From: Enoplolaimus lenunculus
Lineage: Eukaryota
NCBI GenBank assembly: GCA_030248215.1
Contig: JASANG010002574.1
Location: 310,001-374,000 of the forward strand
Reading direction: 5' to 3'
Length of the DNA stretch: 64,000 nucleotides
The notes under the pieces were generated by a model. It did not search any database. It was not told the origin of the DNA and saw only the letters and a list, made by a program, of their open reading frames with translations. The first letter of the stretch is position 1. The number at the start of each line of letters is the position of its first letter. Positions 1 through 14,609 of the stretch are shown here, one piece after another. The position numbers were made by a program, and so were the translations under genes.

Positions 1-71
1 GTCGTTTACCTATTTTTATCATTAGTTGCCTGGCAATAGAGTGAAAAAACCTATTTGATAAGAGACGTCCC

Positions 72-347
72 AAATATAGGCCTACTCGGATTGTATTTCG
101 TTTCAAGAAGTTGACAACGAACACTGTATGAATACCAGTGAGTTAATTTTAACTCCGAATGGAACTGAATCAACTCCAAAAGCCTGAGCTCTGAATTATG
201 TCTTGTCATAAATATTGGCCTACTCGGATTGTATTTGGTTTCAAAAAGTTGAAAATGAACACTGTATGAATTCCAGTGAGTTAATTTTAACTCCGAATGG
301 AGTTGAATCAACTCCAGAAGCCTGTGTTCTGAATTTGGTCTTTTAGA
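72..347. repeat. 138-bp tandem duplication spanning the start of a CACTG MITE
   Basis: GGCCTACTCGGATTGTATTT...CACTGTATGAAT repeated at an offset of 138 (CACTG at 122 and 260). Confidence 0.8.
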
Positions 348-1598
348 ACTCAGAAATTTGAATTGATTGAACTCTTTCTGATTATCAAATCATTCGGAAT
401 TAAATCAGCTCAGAGCGAGTTGATGTTTCGCGTTATTAAATCAGAAATGACCAGAAATGACTAATTCGCCGTGTTTGTTGAATAATCAACTCATCAGAAA
501 TTCAGGAAATCAAAATAATTAGCGTTCTTCAGGCAGTAATTGCTGCAAAACTTATCGTTTATTTTATTATATTTCTTAACTGTCTACAATGTGTCGTGTA
601 TCTATCGTAAGCTTACTTTTAGTCAAAGGCTTAAGCTAAAGCTGTATTTAATTCTAATATCTAAGACGAATGGAAAAATGTAAAGATAAGTGGTGGAACG
701 TTTTTTGCGGGGCTGTAATAGAGTAAGTAAGCTTATGCTTTACGCTATTTTTTTGGTTAAGCTTAGGCGTAAGCGCATTCGTTCGCTTAGGCTTAGGCGT
801 AGGAATATGATTATACACTACTGTTATGGCCCTCTTTCTTATACATTGGTTGAGGAATTGTAACTCAACGCTGTGTATTTACTTTACAAATAATTATTTA
901 AAATTTGGTTAATCAATAGGAGGGAGGTACACTCAGCCTGACGAGATCAAACCTAAGCCTACTTAAGTCTTAAGTTATAAGCCAAAATCTGAAAATTACT
1001 AAACGTATGGGTGTGAAAGTACCATTGTCAATATTGTGAACAGCAACTATCATCAGTTAGTAATAGGTTTTCAAACTCACTAAACTAATGCAGTTGCTGA
1101 ACTCAAAATTGCTACAGAAGTAGAGTAAATCATATGCGAAAAATGCTGAATTTTAAGCCTCAGCATTCACTTGGTCAAAACTTACAAAACATATCACCAA
1201 ATGGTGATAGGTGCTACACACTTTTATAAGAATACAAGCTTAGAACTCAAAACACGGCCCATCCTGAAGTATTTATAAGTGCGACATGCGTGTACCACAA
1301 GTCTCAAATGAAGCTTTAAAATTGGCCACTTATAAAACGAACAAACACAAAAAAATAAACGTAAACAGAAATAAAATATATTTCATTTTTGTTTTTGCTT
1401 ATTTTTAGTGAAATGTGGCGTTAAAATGATGAAATGATGAAATCAGAAAAGTCATTTATATTTGACAGGCTGTATCTTCCTTCATTATGTTCTATTTACC
1501 GGTTTTATCTTTTTTATAAAATACATTTTTCCGCATATTAATAGAAAGATCCAAACGATCAAGAAATAGACAGGATTGCAATACGTAACTGTTTTATC

Positions 1599-1849
1599 CA
1601 GGACCGGAGCAGTCATCCCCCGTTCCTTCCATTTAGGAGAGCCCCACCCGTAAAGGAACCCCCACCGTAACCGATTGAAACAAAAACCGACCAAGTTTTA
1701 AACTGGGTCTGGCTACTCGCTCGTTTCGCTGGGTCTGGCTACTCGCTCGTTTCGCTGGGTCTGGCTACTCGCTCGTTTCGCTCGCGAGTTCGGGTGCCTC
1801 CGATCTGAAGTTTAGAGGAAGCCCCCCACCCATGTCTGCTTCGGCACTG
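1599..1849. mobile_element. hAT-type MITE (TIR CAG[T/G]GCCGGAGCAG)
   Basis: Exact 8-bp TSD GTTTTATC; internal 26-bp triplication CTGGGTCTGGCTACTCGCTCGTTTCG. Confidence 0.8.
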
Positions 1850-2982
1850 GTTTTATCCGACACTAATTTGAAACAAGGCAAACGTCCCCTGTAGCACTGC
1901 TGTAATATTATTTTGTAATTCTGTTACATTATCTAGCGGACTGAAACTTTCTGGTATTTTTACGCCCGTTTAAAACGCTTTCAAATTTCAATTAAACTAC
2001 CGAACTCAAATTATGTTAAATCCAGTGAGAATCAACACAACTCAGAGCGAGTTAAAGTTTTCTGCGATTAACTCAAAAACTCAGAAATCACTAACTTTTC
2101 ATATATCAGGGTTCAACCGGAATTCCTGCAAGAATTCAATTCGTGCTCCTGTGCCTTTGCCAGCATTCAAAGATGCAGGAACCGGAAGTTTTTCGGTTGA
2201 TTCGTTATTTCGAAACGAGTTTTTTTTTGCCATTAGTTCAATTTTGTTAATAAACTGCGTCTGATGGGTTTTCGCAAAATTTGATGATAAAAAATAGCTG
2301 AAAATTTACTCAAGCATTTTTTTGCTAAGTTTTCAAAAATTCCAACAGTAATTTGGTAACCAATAATTATTTTCAAATTCCGGTTCTTGTTCCTGTTCCA
2401 GCCAAATTTGGTTCCTGTTCGAACCTTATATATATGTGTGTGTGTATTAATGCTTCGAATTACATGTAAAGCCAAACCAAAGATTAGCTGTGTCGCCCGC
2501 GAGAGCGTTTGTAAAGTAGCCCAACAAAAAATAGATCTAAAACCAATAAGCCGACAGTTGAAAAAATAATAGTGAGTATATATGTATACATATTTCTGCA
2601 CAATGAAATAAAACAGTTTCAACTCTAAACCTTCACCAGTTTCCGGCAGTATATCGCAAACAGTAGTGATATATACGATACCAAGGCTTCTGGCAAACGT
2701 TCACACAAAATAGCACAGAAAAGCTGTAAACAGTATTGGTAAACAACACGACTGATATTAGGATGGGTCGAACGGCAGAACCTTACATTTTGGTACTGAA
2801 CATTAAATTAAATTACGATTAAAACCATGAGTTGACCGTATCCGAATCGCACGCCGCCTGTGGTACTCAACATACGAACCACGTAAACCTAAATAACTTT
2901 TTATTGACCAAGCGAAAGGCCCGAAACCTGCTGACTCTTTGACAGCATTGGGCTAAATCCTTTTTTCAGGAGTGACATACAG

Positions 2983-3329
2983 CAGGATGCAACCGGAGGT
3001 AAAAAATACCAAAGCCGGAGCCGGAGGTCAACGACACTTGCCGGAGCCGGAGCTAGAGGTGAGGCGAAATATAGGTAGTAACGATGTTGGTTAACGAGTT
3101 AATTTTAGTTAGTCAATATCTGCAGTATGTTTGCTAATTTGTTTGGTTTTACGCTAATTTTCGGCAAATTTTCAGAAATTTTTTCCTGAAAATTGTGACA
3201 AAAGTAAAACGAAACGCGTTCAAACAGATAAATTTTGCAAAATTATGCAAAATTTTGCTACCGAAATTGCCTTATAACCACTGGCCAAAATTTTGCCGGA
3301 GCCGGAGGCAGACCTCCGATTGTACCCTG
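2983..3329. mobile_element. hAT-type MITE (CAGGATGCAACCGGAGGT ... ACCTCCGATTGTACCCTG)
   Basis: TIRs and GCCGGA subterminal repeats; related pieces at ~12630-12852 and ~50895-51388. Confidence 0.65.
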
Positions 3330-6300
3330 CATATAAGAGTATCCGATGACTTACAAGCGAGGTTAAAATTTTTCTAGGTGGGATGAAGCAAAATACTTTC
3401 AAGGGAAGGCATAAGTGACAATAGTGTCCAATGACTAACAAGCGAGGTTGAAAATTTTCTAGGTGGAAGCAAAATTTTTTCAGAGGAAGGCTGACGCCTT
3501 CTTGGTGTCCCTCTGGCTACGGGTCCTCCAGCAAACCAGGTCCGTTGCCGAAAAGCTATCAGGACAGCTCTTTCCGCAACCTTTAAAAATTAGGTTTCGC
3601 CTGGAAAACTTGTAACCCAGTATGAGGTTTCGGTACACCTTTTCCCACATTTATATGTTAACGTTTAGGTTTAGGTTCAAGCTTACCTTTTCAGGCTTAA
3701 GCCTAAGGTTAGGTGTAGGCACAATTTTTTGTAATACTAACTAAATCTCGACCTTATGCGTAAATCTGCAGGGGGAAGCGTACAACAACCCCAGCATCGA
3801 ATTTACGCCAAATCTCAAAAACCTGCGTTTACGAAATGTTTCGGCCTTTATTGTACTGGTTTACATGCCTGCAAACGAAACCCACGTAATGCAAACGTCA
3901 TTCTGTTGTCAGCTTCACCCCTACAGATAATCTAATTATGTATCGTTTGTAATACTTTCATCGGCAATCAGAGGCTTGTGAAATTGGCAAAATCTAAACA
4001 ACGCGAAACAAGTTGGCTGAAACAAAATGCTATTTATTAGGACCGCCTTCCAAATTGCCGTATCCGTGTCTTTGGATGTAGGATATGCGAAAAAAATTAA
4101 TCCGAAAGCTAGAAAACTTGTACGCAATCCCACAGACTTACACACTTAGGCTTAATTAGGCTTAATGTTAGACTTAGGCGGAGATGAAGATATGTCTACG
4201 CCTAAGACGCTGCCTAAACCATTGACCAAGCCTTTGTCTGAACCCTTGCGAATAGTTAGTCAAATCGTCGGTAACCTAAATTTAAATGTGGGTAAAGTGT
4301 ACAAGAGCCAAATTTGGTTGTTTTTGAATGCCAAATAGGGCTAACTAGTCAGCCGGTTTTGAGCAATGCGCAAAAGTTAGTGAATGCACAAAAATTTGCA
4401 TACAGATTTTCTTTTCGTAGAACAATCGCGTTTATACTCAGAGCATTTGTTGCAAGTAAAAGTAATGCTGGAAAGTTGCCTAAAATACGTATGCGGGAAA
4501 CCCCTGGCGTGGGGTGTTCGAATCAACTGAATTTTGCGCTGTTGACAATTAACCAATGAATTTATACTATTTTCAAAACACAAATCGAATCAGTACAAAC
4601 AGTGCCAGAGCAGGCTAGCGTGCCCCCACCCGAAATTTTTATTCTAGGGAATGGCTTTTGCGACAATTAATGTTAATCAAATTTGATGAACTAACGGTTA
4701 TTTTTTGGTTAAATTATTTTTTGAGTTGGATCTCCTCTTTGGGGTGGGCTCCCACCCAGGCGGTTTCTGCTCCGGGTCTGAGTACAAAACCCAACAAATT
4801 TGACACATAATCCTTTTTAATCATATAAATCTTACTGCAACACTCATAGGTCAAGGCACGAGTTTGATTGGCCAAATGAAGTCAAATAACTGTTAATCTA
4901 CGTAAAATTCGTCTAATAACTTCTAAACGTAGCCTAACCTAAAGATATGCACAAACCATACACGAAAATTATGGCACAAATACACCTGAAACCTAAACAT
5001 TAAATAGAACCAACGCTTTTAGAAGCGATCTTAGCGACTTTATACTACAATGTTACCAAATGAAAATATGTCGATCATTGGCAGGTAAAGCGTGTTACCA
5101 AACCATACAATTGAATATTGGACGTCAAAATATGCGAACCTACAAAACCAATGCTACAAATTTTTGATTAATACCCATGAGATATCGTACATGAACCAGT
5201 TCAACGTGTAAAACTGCTAGATTTGACTTAACATGAAACGTAATTTATATATATGTATCTAAATATATATATGTATATATATTTATATATATATTAGGGT
5301 GCGGCCAGATATCCGGTTCCGCATATCTATTATATATACATATATTAGGTTGCGACCAAATATCCGGCACCGACACTTTAGGCGCGTGTGCAATAAGACA
5401 TATGGAATATATCTTCCCCTCGTAAAGTATCCGGAAAGATTCCGAAAAGACACTTTTATGGGCTGTAAACAACGGTACAAAGGTCAAAAAATTTACACGT
5501 TCGCTGAAGCTTATTCTTGCAAAATAGAAATTTTAGACGTAGGTATCGCGTCCCTCAAAGTGACATTCTGGCTACTGACTTGTTATGCATATCATTGGGG
5601 GGTGCAAATGGATGTTTAGTGCTGTAGCAGCCACCGGCAATGCGTAAATTTGCCGCTTGATACACCTGTCTCGGTTGGGAACCGGCGGAGCGTGCAGCGG
5701 AACGGCCGTTCCTTGAATAATCATAGCTGTCAGCGTTCATCTTTTATATGGGCCTTTTCTGTTGCCCCCACCCGCCAGCGTTTGGATATTATCCCCCAGC
5801 CCGCATTTCCTCAAAAATGGTTTGATTTTGAAAATTTTATAAGCCGGCAAAACGATAGCGCAAATGATGCAGCGTATCAAAATAATATAGATGGCATATG
5901 GCCTATCCAGCCAAACCAAATAGATAGCACAACATCATACGGATACTTTCCGCGACCTGTCCATGCTTGGCGATTTCTTTAAGAGCGTCATGAAGCGTTA
6001 CATTGCCGTAGATCACATCAAAGGTACGTGAGGGTTGAGATTCTTACGGCATTTCCTGATCATTCCACGCCCAAATTTGAATTTTTGAAAAAGTCGATTT
6101 TTTAAAGTACAAGATCTGCCTCCATTGCGACTCAAAAAATTTTTTTGTCGTAAAGTTAGACAAATTATATACTATCCGACGCAGCTTGTTGAGCTGAGTG
6201 CAGTGGTTTTAAGATTTTGGCCAATAGAGTCTGGCTAACGAGTTATGGTGACATAACTCGTTTGGCACTGTCCCAATTTTTGAGTACCAAGGAAGCTGAA

Positions 6301-7838
6301 TGGACCAAACCTTGGGACTTTACAAATCTAATTTTTCAAAAATTCAAATTTGGCCGCTGAATAATCATGGGACGTCATGAACAGCTCAAATATGCCAAAA
6401 GTTTCAAAATTCAAATATGTTTGGTTCCACGTCGGCTCGGGGGGGAGTAACCGAATAGACTCATGGCCATGGATTTGCCAAATTACTTAAAGCCCCTGTT
6501 AGATTTTTACTCGTTTATTAAAGTAAAATAAATGACAATAATTTGTAATTAAAATCAAAGCAGAACATTGAAAAATGCAAGTCACTCATCAACGTTAACG
6601 TGCAACCGAAAACGATTAGTCAACTGTTAGTCTTGTGATTCTAAATACATCTGTAAGCGTTGAATTTTAAGACACCCTTCTGTCGGCTTTGACTCTGTTT
6701 GTTTCGTGATTAACAAAATCACCGCCGTAATTAGCTCAACATTCTAGCGATTAATCTAATTATCTCAGAAGGAGCAATTTCGGAATCGAGAACTTGCAAT
6801 GAAATTTTTTCCAAAACCATTGGGGGGGCATGGCCCCCTTGCCCCCGCCCCCGGCTACGCCTTGCACCACCTGTTTATATAGCAGAAGTTAAAAAAAGGC
6901 ATTACTAACAAAATATTTAGTTGCAGCTTATTGACGCAAAAAGGGTTATTTTGAATGAACGAAAAAAAATGGCAGAACAAGCATCATTTAATATGCATAG
7001 ATGCATAATTAAAAAATGCTAACATGTGTAGTTACTCTAAATCTTAGTGACTAAAATATATGGTCATCGTAACACGCGAACAGCATTGTCTCGAATTTAT
7101 AAAAACGACCCAGGTGCTGTAAAATTTCAACTGTTCTAAAACGGATAATATTAGGTCCGTAGCCAGATCGCCTTGCTGGGAGTGGGGCTAAAAATTTTCA
7201 TGATAGGCATACCAGGGTTTTCGTTAACTTTACTAGCAAGGTAGAATATGTTCTAGGGGGACAGAATTAAGTAGTGTTTAAAGGCAATTAAAAAATCACG
7301 GAAACGCGTAATAGTGTCAAAAACTCACGAGCGAAGCGAGCGAGAAGACAGTCGTTTTCAAAAAGTCGGCGGTTTCCGTTTCGATCAGTTAGGGTGGGGG
7401 CCCTTTAGGGGTTGGGCCTTGCAAACGAGAGGAATGGGGGTTGCTTCTTATTCGTCGCAACAATCAGGCAAATGATAACGAATTATGGTCAAATAATTGA
7501 TTTGGCGTTGTCCCAAATGGTTGCACTTTGGCAGCTCGCCAAATCAGTTATTTAACAACTGTTTAGCCAATTGTGCGATTGTGTAAAAATAAACACTATT
7601 CAACTAAACTTCACAGGTTTAAAAGAAAACCCTTGGAACCTTAAAAATCAAATTTTTCAAAAATTCACATTCGAGCGTATAATGATCGGACGATGTCATA
7701 CGAAGCTCAAATATGCAACCAATTTTCAAAACCCAACAATATTTGGGCAAACACCGGTAGGGGGAGGGAATAACTGAAAAACCCTTTTATAGCAATATGA
7801 ACCAGCAAAATACATCAGCATGCGTGTCTATATACAAC

Positions 7839-8011
7839 CAGAGCCGCAGCAGCCGACCCCATACCCTATTTGGAGGCCACCACCCCTAACGCTGCTCCCA
7901 TCATAACCGATTGAAACAAAAACCGCCGAAGTTTTAAAATGCGTCTCGCTTCTCGCTTGCTTTGCTTGCGAGTTTGGGGGGAATCCACCGCTCCTGTCTG
8001 GTCCGTCACTG
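7839..8011. mobile_element. hAT-type MITE, same family as 1599-1849
   Basis: TSD TATACAAC/AATACAAC; shared CCGATTGAAACAAAAACCG core. Confidence 0.75.
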
Positions 8012-8804
8012 AATACAACCATTAAGCATTCAGCATATAATTGTTAGCTTTAAAGTGCGTTGTCATTGATTATCTGTTCAGTCGGCGGTAAATATAATTG
8101 CTAGTTTCTGAAAACATCGCAAAAATATATACTATGAAATTTGATATGGTTTCTGAACTATAGTCTGTAAGATAACTCGGTTCTAATCACAATTTAAAAT
8201 TAGAATTTAAAATATGTAAATAATTGTCGGCGATAGAGTTCTATGCTCTTGTAGATTTTGATTCAGTTTTTTTGGAATTTTCAAATTTTGACATAATGTC
8301 GGCTTACATTTTGTATCATGCGGAACGCTAAGAGTTGCATACTTTTGTATCCGGCACTAAAAATGTAAAAGTTAAAAAAAGATTTAAACAATCAAATAAA
8401 CTGTCAGTAATTATACATTTTAAACCAGTCTTTAACAGCTTAACGTGATTTAAGCTTACGCAAGTCCTGCAGTATTAAACTAACTTTCTAGATTAACTGA
8501 ACTAACAGGTAAGTTTATACCTAAACTAATTTAAAATCGTTTATATTTTTAGTTTAAGCTAAACTTAATGAATTCTCAGATACACATAATTTCTCGGCTG
8601 CACTTGTTACTTAAACCGAAAATAAGTTTAACTTAAACTCGTATTAAACTTAAAAGTATGTTAGTCTAAGTTTAAATTGCAATTCTCGTTAGTCCGCCCA
8701 GCCATTTCAGTTTTACTTAAACAAATATTCAAGTTTAGCTAAGCTATATACAAGTATACTCTTCTTATTCCATTAAGCGAAAAATGTAATATTTCAAACG
8801 TTTG

Positions 8805-8958
8805 AGCCCATGTATAGAACAGGGCCGGAACAGTAGTATAAGCATATTCCTAAGTTTAAGTCTAAGCCTAAGCCTAAGCAAAAATTTAGTCTAAAGCTTA
8901 AACTGACACTATTATGGCCCCTCCGGAAAACGATCCGACACTGTTCTATACATGGGTC
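8805..8958. mobile_element. TTAGGC-bearing Merlin-like MITE, subfamily A (TIR GGCCCATGTATAGAACAG)
   Basis: TIRs plus exact 8-bp TSD AACGTTTG. Confidence 0.8.
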
Positions 8959-9405
8959 AACGTTTGATACTGCATATTCGACAAGAAAAATTCGTTTTAT
9001 TGCAATTTTTAATCTGAAACCTGTCCTTATTTTGCTACAAAACCGTAAACTATGCACAATTATTGTATACTTTGTGCCGCTTAAAACTTTGGATTCAACT
9101 GGCGTATCGAACAAGCTTAACCAACCCTTGGATGAATATTTTCAATTTGATCTGACATTTAATTTCAAGCTACACGTCAAATTAGGCTGTTTTCGGTTGA
9201 AAGCCGGTTCACCGCTCGATTAGTGTTCACAGTGAGAAATTAGGCGTTGCTATTTTTTAATTTCAAAAAATTACCACAAGTTACCATTTAATTTAAAATT
9301 TCACACTTTTATCATTAATTATTAAGGTTGAAAAATCAAAAATTCAAATATCTGATATATGTAATGTATGTATATATAGTATATAGCAGACTAGATCGAG
9401 TTTGG

Positions 9406-9658
9406 GGACCATGTAAACATCAGGGGCGGAACGGTTTTCGTTGCGACTAGAGAGCAGTAAGCGTAAGTTTTAGCCTATTTTTGCTTGGCTCAGGTTCAGG
9501 CTTATGCGTAGGCTTTAGGAATATGTTCATTCTTACGCTTAAGCTAGGCTTAGGCTTAGGCCTTAGGAATATGCTCATTCTTACGCTTAAGCTAGGCTTA
9601 GGCTTAGGCTTAGGAATAAGCTTATAATACTGTTCCGCCCCGGTTCTTTAGATTGGCC
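9406..9658. mobile_element. TTAGGC-bearing MITE copy
   Basis: Family TIRs, TSD GAGTTTGG/GAGTTTCT, internal TTAGGC duplication. Confidence 0.7.
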
Positions 9659-9868
9659 GAGTTTCTGAAGCCTAAACGAGTCTTGCACTTTTGCATGAAA
9701 AATATTAAAATACTACCAAAATTCAGCCATTTGCTGTAAACCGTTCACCTTAAATTTAATAAAAACATCAAAGTTACCCATACCAGAAATAGACAATCGA
9801 CATGAAATTGTTCAAATCACGAAGCTGCGTAAACCAGCATGTGCACATCGGCGCAGCTTAGGAAATGA

Positions 9869-10271
9869 CGGTCAACGTATAGAACAGGACCGGAACAGTA
9901 GTATAAGCAAATTCCTAAGCTTAAGCCTAAGCAAAAAATTTTGTCTAAAGCTTAAACTGACTCTATTGTAGCCCCTACGGAAAACGATCCGGCCATGTTC
10001 TATACATGGGTCCAAATGGCTCAGGCTTAGGCAACAAGTATCTAAGCTTAAGTTTTAGACTAATTTTTTTGCTTTGTTTAGGCTTAGGCTTAGGCTTAGG
10101 CTTAGGAATAGGCTCATTCGTACGCTTAGGTTTAGGTTTAGGTTTAGGCTTAGGCTTAGGAATATGCTCATTCGTACGCTTAGGTTTACGTTTAGGTTTA
10201 GGCTTAGGCTTAACCTTAGGCTTAGGAATATGCTTATAATACTGTTCGGTCCATGTTCTTTTCCATTGGCC
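9869..10271. mobile_element. Two adjacent, oppositely oriented TTAGGC-bearing MITE copies
   Basis: 9869-10012 with both TIRs; 10020-10271 truncated copy with expanded TTAGGC/TTAGGT. Confidence 0.7.
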
Positions 10272-10490
10272 AAATTTTCTAACCTTTTTTATTCCACTCT
10301 GCCTTAGGTGGTCTGTTCAATCGAATACAAAAAAACCAAATTGAAAATTTTAAAGTTGCTCGGTTTTATTGTGTTTTTGTCGACCAAAAATCCAATTAAA
10401 ACGCTCAAGTGCGGCCCAAGTGATTCGCTAGCCTCTATACCTGAACAACTCAAACGAGGGTTTCTGTCATAAAAATTTCGACATAACGCG

Positions 10491-10754
10491 ATATATACAT
10501 ACACATATATGAATGTATATATATACATATATAAATATATATATATACATTTATTTATATATACACATATATAAATGTATATATAGATATATATATACAT
10601 TTATATATGTATATATATACATACATTTATATATATATATTTATATATGTATATATACATACATTTATATATGTGTATGTATATACATTTATATATGTAT
10701 ATATACATATATATATTATGTATATATATATACATATATAAATGTATATATATA
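10491..10754. repeat. Degenerate (TA)n/(TACA)n microsatellite
   Basis: Seen directly; similar tracts at 23499-23585 and 38939-39034. Confidence 0.9.
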
Positions 10755-11913
10755 ACCAAAATATAAAATACTTGGGATGACTGCACCATGTTTTCAACTG
10801 CGCTTCAGATGCAGCTACAGATTCGTAAAACGTATTAATTCTAACGCGTTAACGTAGTTGAAAAACGTATTGAATGGACCGAGTACCATTAATTTTTTTA
10901 CAATCACAACCCCGTGTTCGACGTAACATAGAAGTCCAGTGTCTATATCCATGCTCGAAACCAGCTCACCTTGCTAGGTACTGAACATTGTTCAAGAGGT
11001 GCATTCAATGGTATTCGCAGACCTTTATATGCAAGGTTGAAAATTTTGTACGGGGGAGGCAAAATTATTCCGGGAGAAGCTGACCCTCCTGGCTCCCTCC
11101 AGTGCCAGAGCAGGCTAAAGTTGGAACTTCCAAAATTCAGAGGGGGCGCCCTTTGCGATGATTAAAATATTGTTCAAATATTTTGTATAAAATCTTGTTA
11201 AAGTAGGGACCCAGTGTTGGAGTATGAGGGGTGGCTGCTCCGGCCCTGGCGAGGAGCTAACTTCGGTTTCCAGTGATTAAACTGAAATCCGGAACCTGGA
11301 GTTTGGGGTTGAGGGTGAAGAACGCTCTATGCACGGCCCTGCGTAAGCCAACCTGATATTCACATTCGTTGCTAATTAGTCTAGGCCGACTCTCAGTTCT
11401 GGCTAACCTGAACGGCAAATGGGAGATTTATCAAAATATGTCACGGATGTTGCAAGCGTATCAGGGTGGATGCTCTAGTCCTGGCCCTCTCTGGCTACGA
11501 TCCAGAGTATATAAGTAAAAAAACAGAAACGCCTAAGTTTAAAAGTTCACAAACGATCTCGCACCGATTGTACATGGTATCTACACAGCCTGTGTGTTTC
11601 TGACCATTGAGGTTTTTAAATTTAAATGCTGGGCGGCACAAAACAATCAAACAAACCACTCGCGGCGGCAATACTTTTTGAAGGCGGGGTGACTTTATGT
11701 ATACTGCGGCAAAAGATCAAAGTATAAACCCCCCGTACTACGTATTTTAGGTTTTCAGTACACGTTTCACCCCGAACGGGGGTGTCGTTTAATCAGCCGA
11801 GAATCCCACCGGATGTATCCGCGACTAAACGCGGCCCATTAGGCAAAGCTGGTGCCCCAGTTTAACACAATTCTGGCAAACAAAATTACCACAAAATGGT
11901 TGTTAGTTTGAAT

Positions 11914-12097
11914 GACCAATGTTACTTTTAGGGGCGTAACAGCAGATTACGCGTTTTACTAAGCCTTTGTCTAAGTCTAACCGTTGCAAAAATGTGTTCC
12001 TAAGCCTAAACCTAAACAAAAAATGTAATCTAGAATCTAAACCTACTCTTTTATAGACCCACAAGAAACCTGGACGCCCCTAAAAGTAACGTGGGCC
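11914..12097. mobile_element. TTAGGC-bearing MITE, subfamily B (TIR GGCC[A/C]ATGTTACTTTTAGGGGCGT)
   Basis: Both TIRs present; same body as 45425-45628. Confidence 0.7.
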
Positions 12098-12236
12098 TTG
12101 ATAATTTGATAATTTGAGTACAATGTAATACAGCTGCGTTGAAAGCTTAATTTGAATAAAAATTTCAAGTTCAAATTAAAAGATTTATCTCGTTTAATTG
12201 AAGATACTTAACAACAGAACTGTGTTAAGAAATTTG

Positions 12237-12414
12237 GGTCCATGTAAAGATCGAGGGCGAAACGTTTTTCTACAAGACTGCAATAAAGTTAGCTTAAGCA
12301 TTAGACTATTTTTGTGGTTTGGCTTAGGCTTCGGTATAAGCTCATTCTTACGCTTAGGCTTTGGCTTAGGAATATGCTTAAAATACTGTTATGGCCCTGT
12401 TCTATTCATTGGCC
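12237..12414. mobile_element. TTAGGC-bearing MITE copy
   Basis: GGTCCATGTAAAGATC ... TCATTGGCC termini. Confidence 0.65.
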
Positions 12415-13446
12415 CTCGTAAGTCGTCAAAACTTCTTGCATGCCCACCTGAAAATTTTTTAACCACTCTCCCCACTGCATGGTGAGCTGGCTTCGGACCT
12501 GGTTTCCGACGTACCAGTTATTTTTAACCCAAGGGGCGCTCTCAAGACCTCTCTTGTGTGCTGGATTGACTATGAGACAGCAGTCTGTGGCTGGAGGGGG
12601 TACGGGAGCTTAGCCCTAATAAAAAAGATTTTTTGCATAATTTTGCAAAGTTTATCTGTTTAGTGCGTTTCGTTTTACTTTTATCACAAGTTTCAGGAAT
12701 GAATAACTTAACAACATATTGCAGATACTGGCTAAAATTAACTAATTAACCGTCATTTTTCTACTACCTAATTTCGCCTCACCTCCGTCTCCCGTTCCAG
12801 CTAGTTTCGTTGACCTCCGGCTCCGGCATTTTTCACCTCCGGTTGCACCATGCTAAAAAGTTTTACCCCCGTTTGTAAGCCATTAGACAAACACGCCTTC
12901 TTGACATTATAAATGGTTTTTTTGGCCAATCCTAGCATGTTGTGCAGGCTACGGTCTGGTAGGCCTGACAGCAAGCAGCGCTGTTATCAGTAAAAAAACC
13001 CTCAGGATTCACATGCCGTCAGGCCAGTGGCCAGCTCAACATGTTGCCATGGACCAAAAAGTATTCAGGATTGACATCAAATACAAGCTAAAATAGTATT
13101 GAAACTTTTCTAGGGGCCAAAATTTTTCCTGATCGAAGTCGTCCCATGTCGGTGTCTCTATAGCTACATGACGTCATGAGGCGTAGTTTCCTGTACACAC
13201 ACACCAAAACCGCTATGCTTAATTTAGTCACACGAACTATAAACATCAATCAGTTTAGTTTAGATTTCCCTGTTTAGTAATAGAAAAATATACAAACAAG
13301 TCAAAGATAGCTATGTAGGCATAATCCAGAAATATACTGTAGTGACCCGAATAGAAGGGGGTAATAAGAGAGGGGTCCTCATTTTGAGTCCTATTCAATA
13401 GGAGCCCGTATCCCTAATAAGTTCATATGCGGATAGAGAATATCGA

Positions 13447-13910
13447 TTGAATTACCTTCACCAATTACCTGATCAATTGAATTACCTTCACCAATTACCT
13501 GATCAATTGAATTACATTCACCAATTAAATTACCTTCACCAATTACTCGACCAACTGAATTACCTCCACCAGTTACCTGATCAATTGAATTACCTTCACC
13601 AATTACCTGATCAATTGAATTACATTCACCAATTAAATTACCTTCACCAATTACTCGACCAACTGAATTACCTCCACCAATTACCTGATCAATAGAATTA
13701 CCTTCACCAATTACCTGATCAATTGAATTACATTCACCAATTAAATTACCTTCACCAATTACTCGACCAACTGAATTACCTTCACCAATTACCTGATCAA
13801 TTGAATTACCTTCACCAATTACCTGATCAATTGAATTACATTCACCAATTAAATTACCTTCACCAATTACTCGACCAACTGAATTACCTTCACCAATTAC
13901 CTGATCAAAT
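13447..13910. repeat. Minisatellite of 30-bp and 18-bp units in a 108-bp higher-order repeat
   Basis: TTGAATTACCTTCACCAATTACCTGATCAA units in a 30+30+18+30 pattern. Confidence 0.9.
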
Positions 13911-14447
13911 TCATTAATTTTTTAATTGAAATATGGTTGTGTAAAAATTTCGTTTTTGCCCGTTGAAATATTCGTGTTCGCTTGCTGAATATATACGTTT
14001 TACCTATAAACCAATAATTGTTGAGCAAACCTACTTTTGTAAGCATTACAGCGTCTGGTATATTTGCCAATTTCGTAACCAGATTTAGTGGACCTACATG
14101 TGTTGAGCCAAACACGAATTCGTTTACTCATACCCAAAAACCTAATAACCGATATGTGTTAATTATCAAGTATATAATTATTAATTTGCAAGCGTACAAA
14201 TGTTTAAGTAACACAATTGAAAAAGATGTGTCGCATAGGTGATATGGTCGATTTAAAAAAATAATTAACCAAAATCACAGTATATATAATAATTACAGAT
14301 GGCTTTCAAGCAAAAAAGTTCGTCAAAATCCGTCCAATGATTTTTAACGTTCGCTTCTTTACAAAAAGACAGACCACGAATATCGGCAAAAATCTAAAGT
14401 TTCGCTCTGAATCAAAAGATCACCATCACTCAAACCGGTATTAATTC

Positions 14448-14601
14448 AAAACAAACAAACAAATAAACAAACAAACAAACACACAAACAAACAAACAAAC
14501 AAAATAAAAAAAACAAACAAACAAACAAACACACACACAAACAAACAAACAAACAAACAAACAAGGAAACAAACAAACAAATAAACAAACAAACAAACAA
14601 A
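14448..14601. repeat. (CAAA)n microsatellite
   Basis: Seen directly. Confidence 0.9.
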
Positions 14602-14609
14602 TTTTATTT

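Noticed and set aside
5555..6022. Non-repetitive segment with ORFs on both strands and a TATAAAA on the minus strand (exon or solo LTR)
   Set aside because: No recognisable domain, consistent splice sites, or TG..CA ends with TSD.
10006..10307. LGLG, RLRL and SLSL ORFs here and at 8794, 12198, 31139, 52700, 62651
   Set aside because: Translations of TTAGGC arrays inside MITEs.
13447..13917. LNYLHQLPDQ repeat protein (LRR-like)
   Set aside because: Minisatellite with an internal stop and no splice sites or ATG context.
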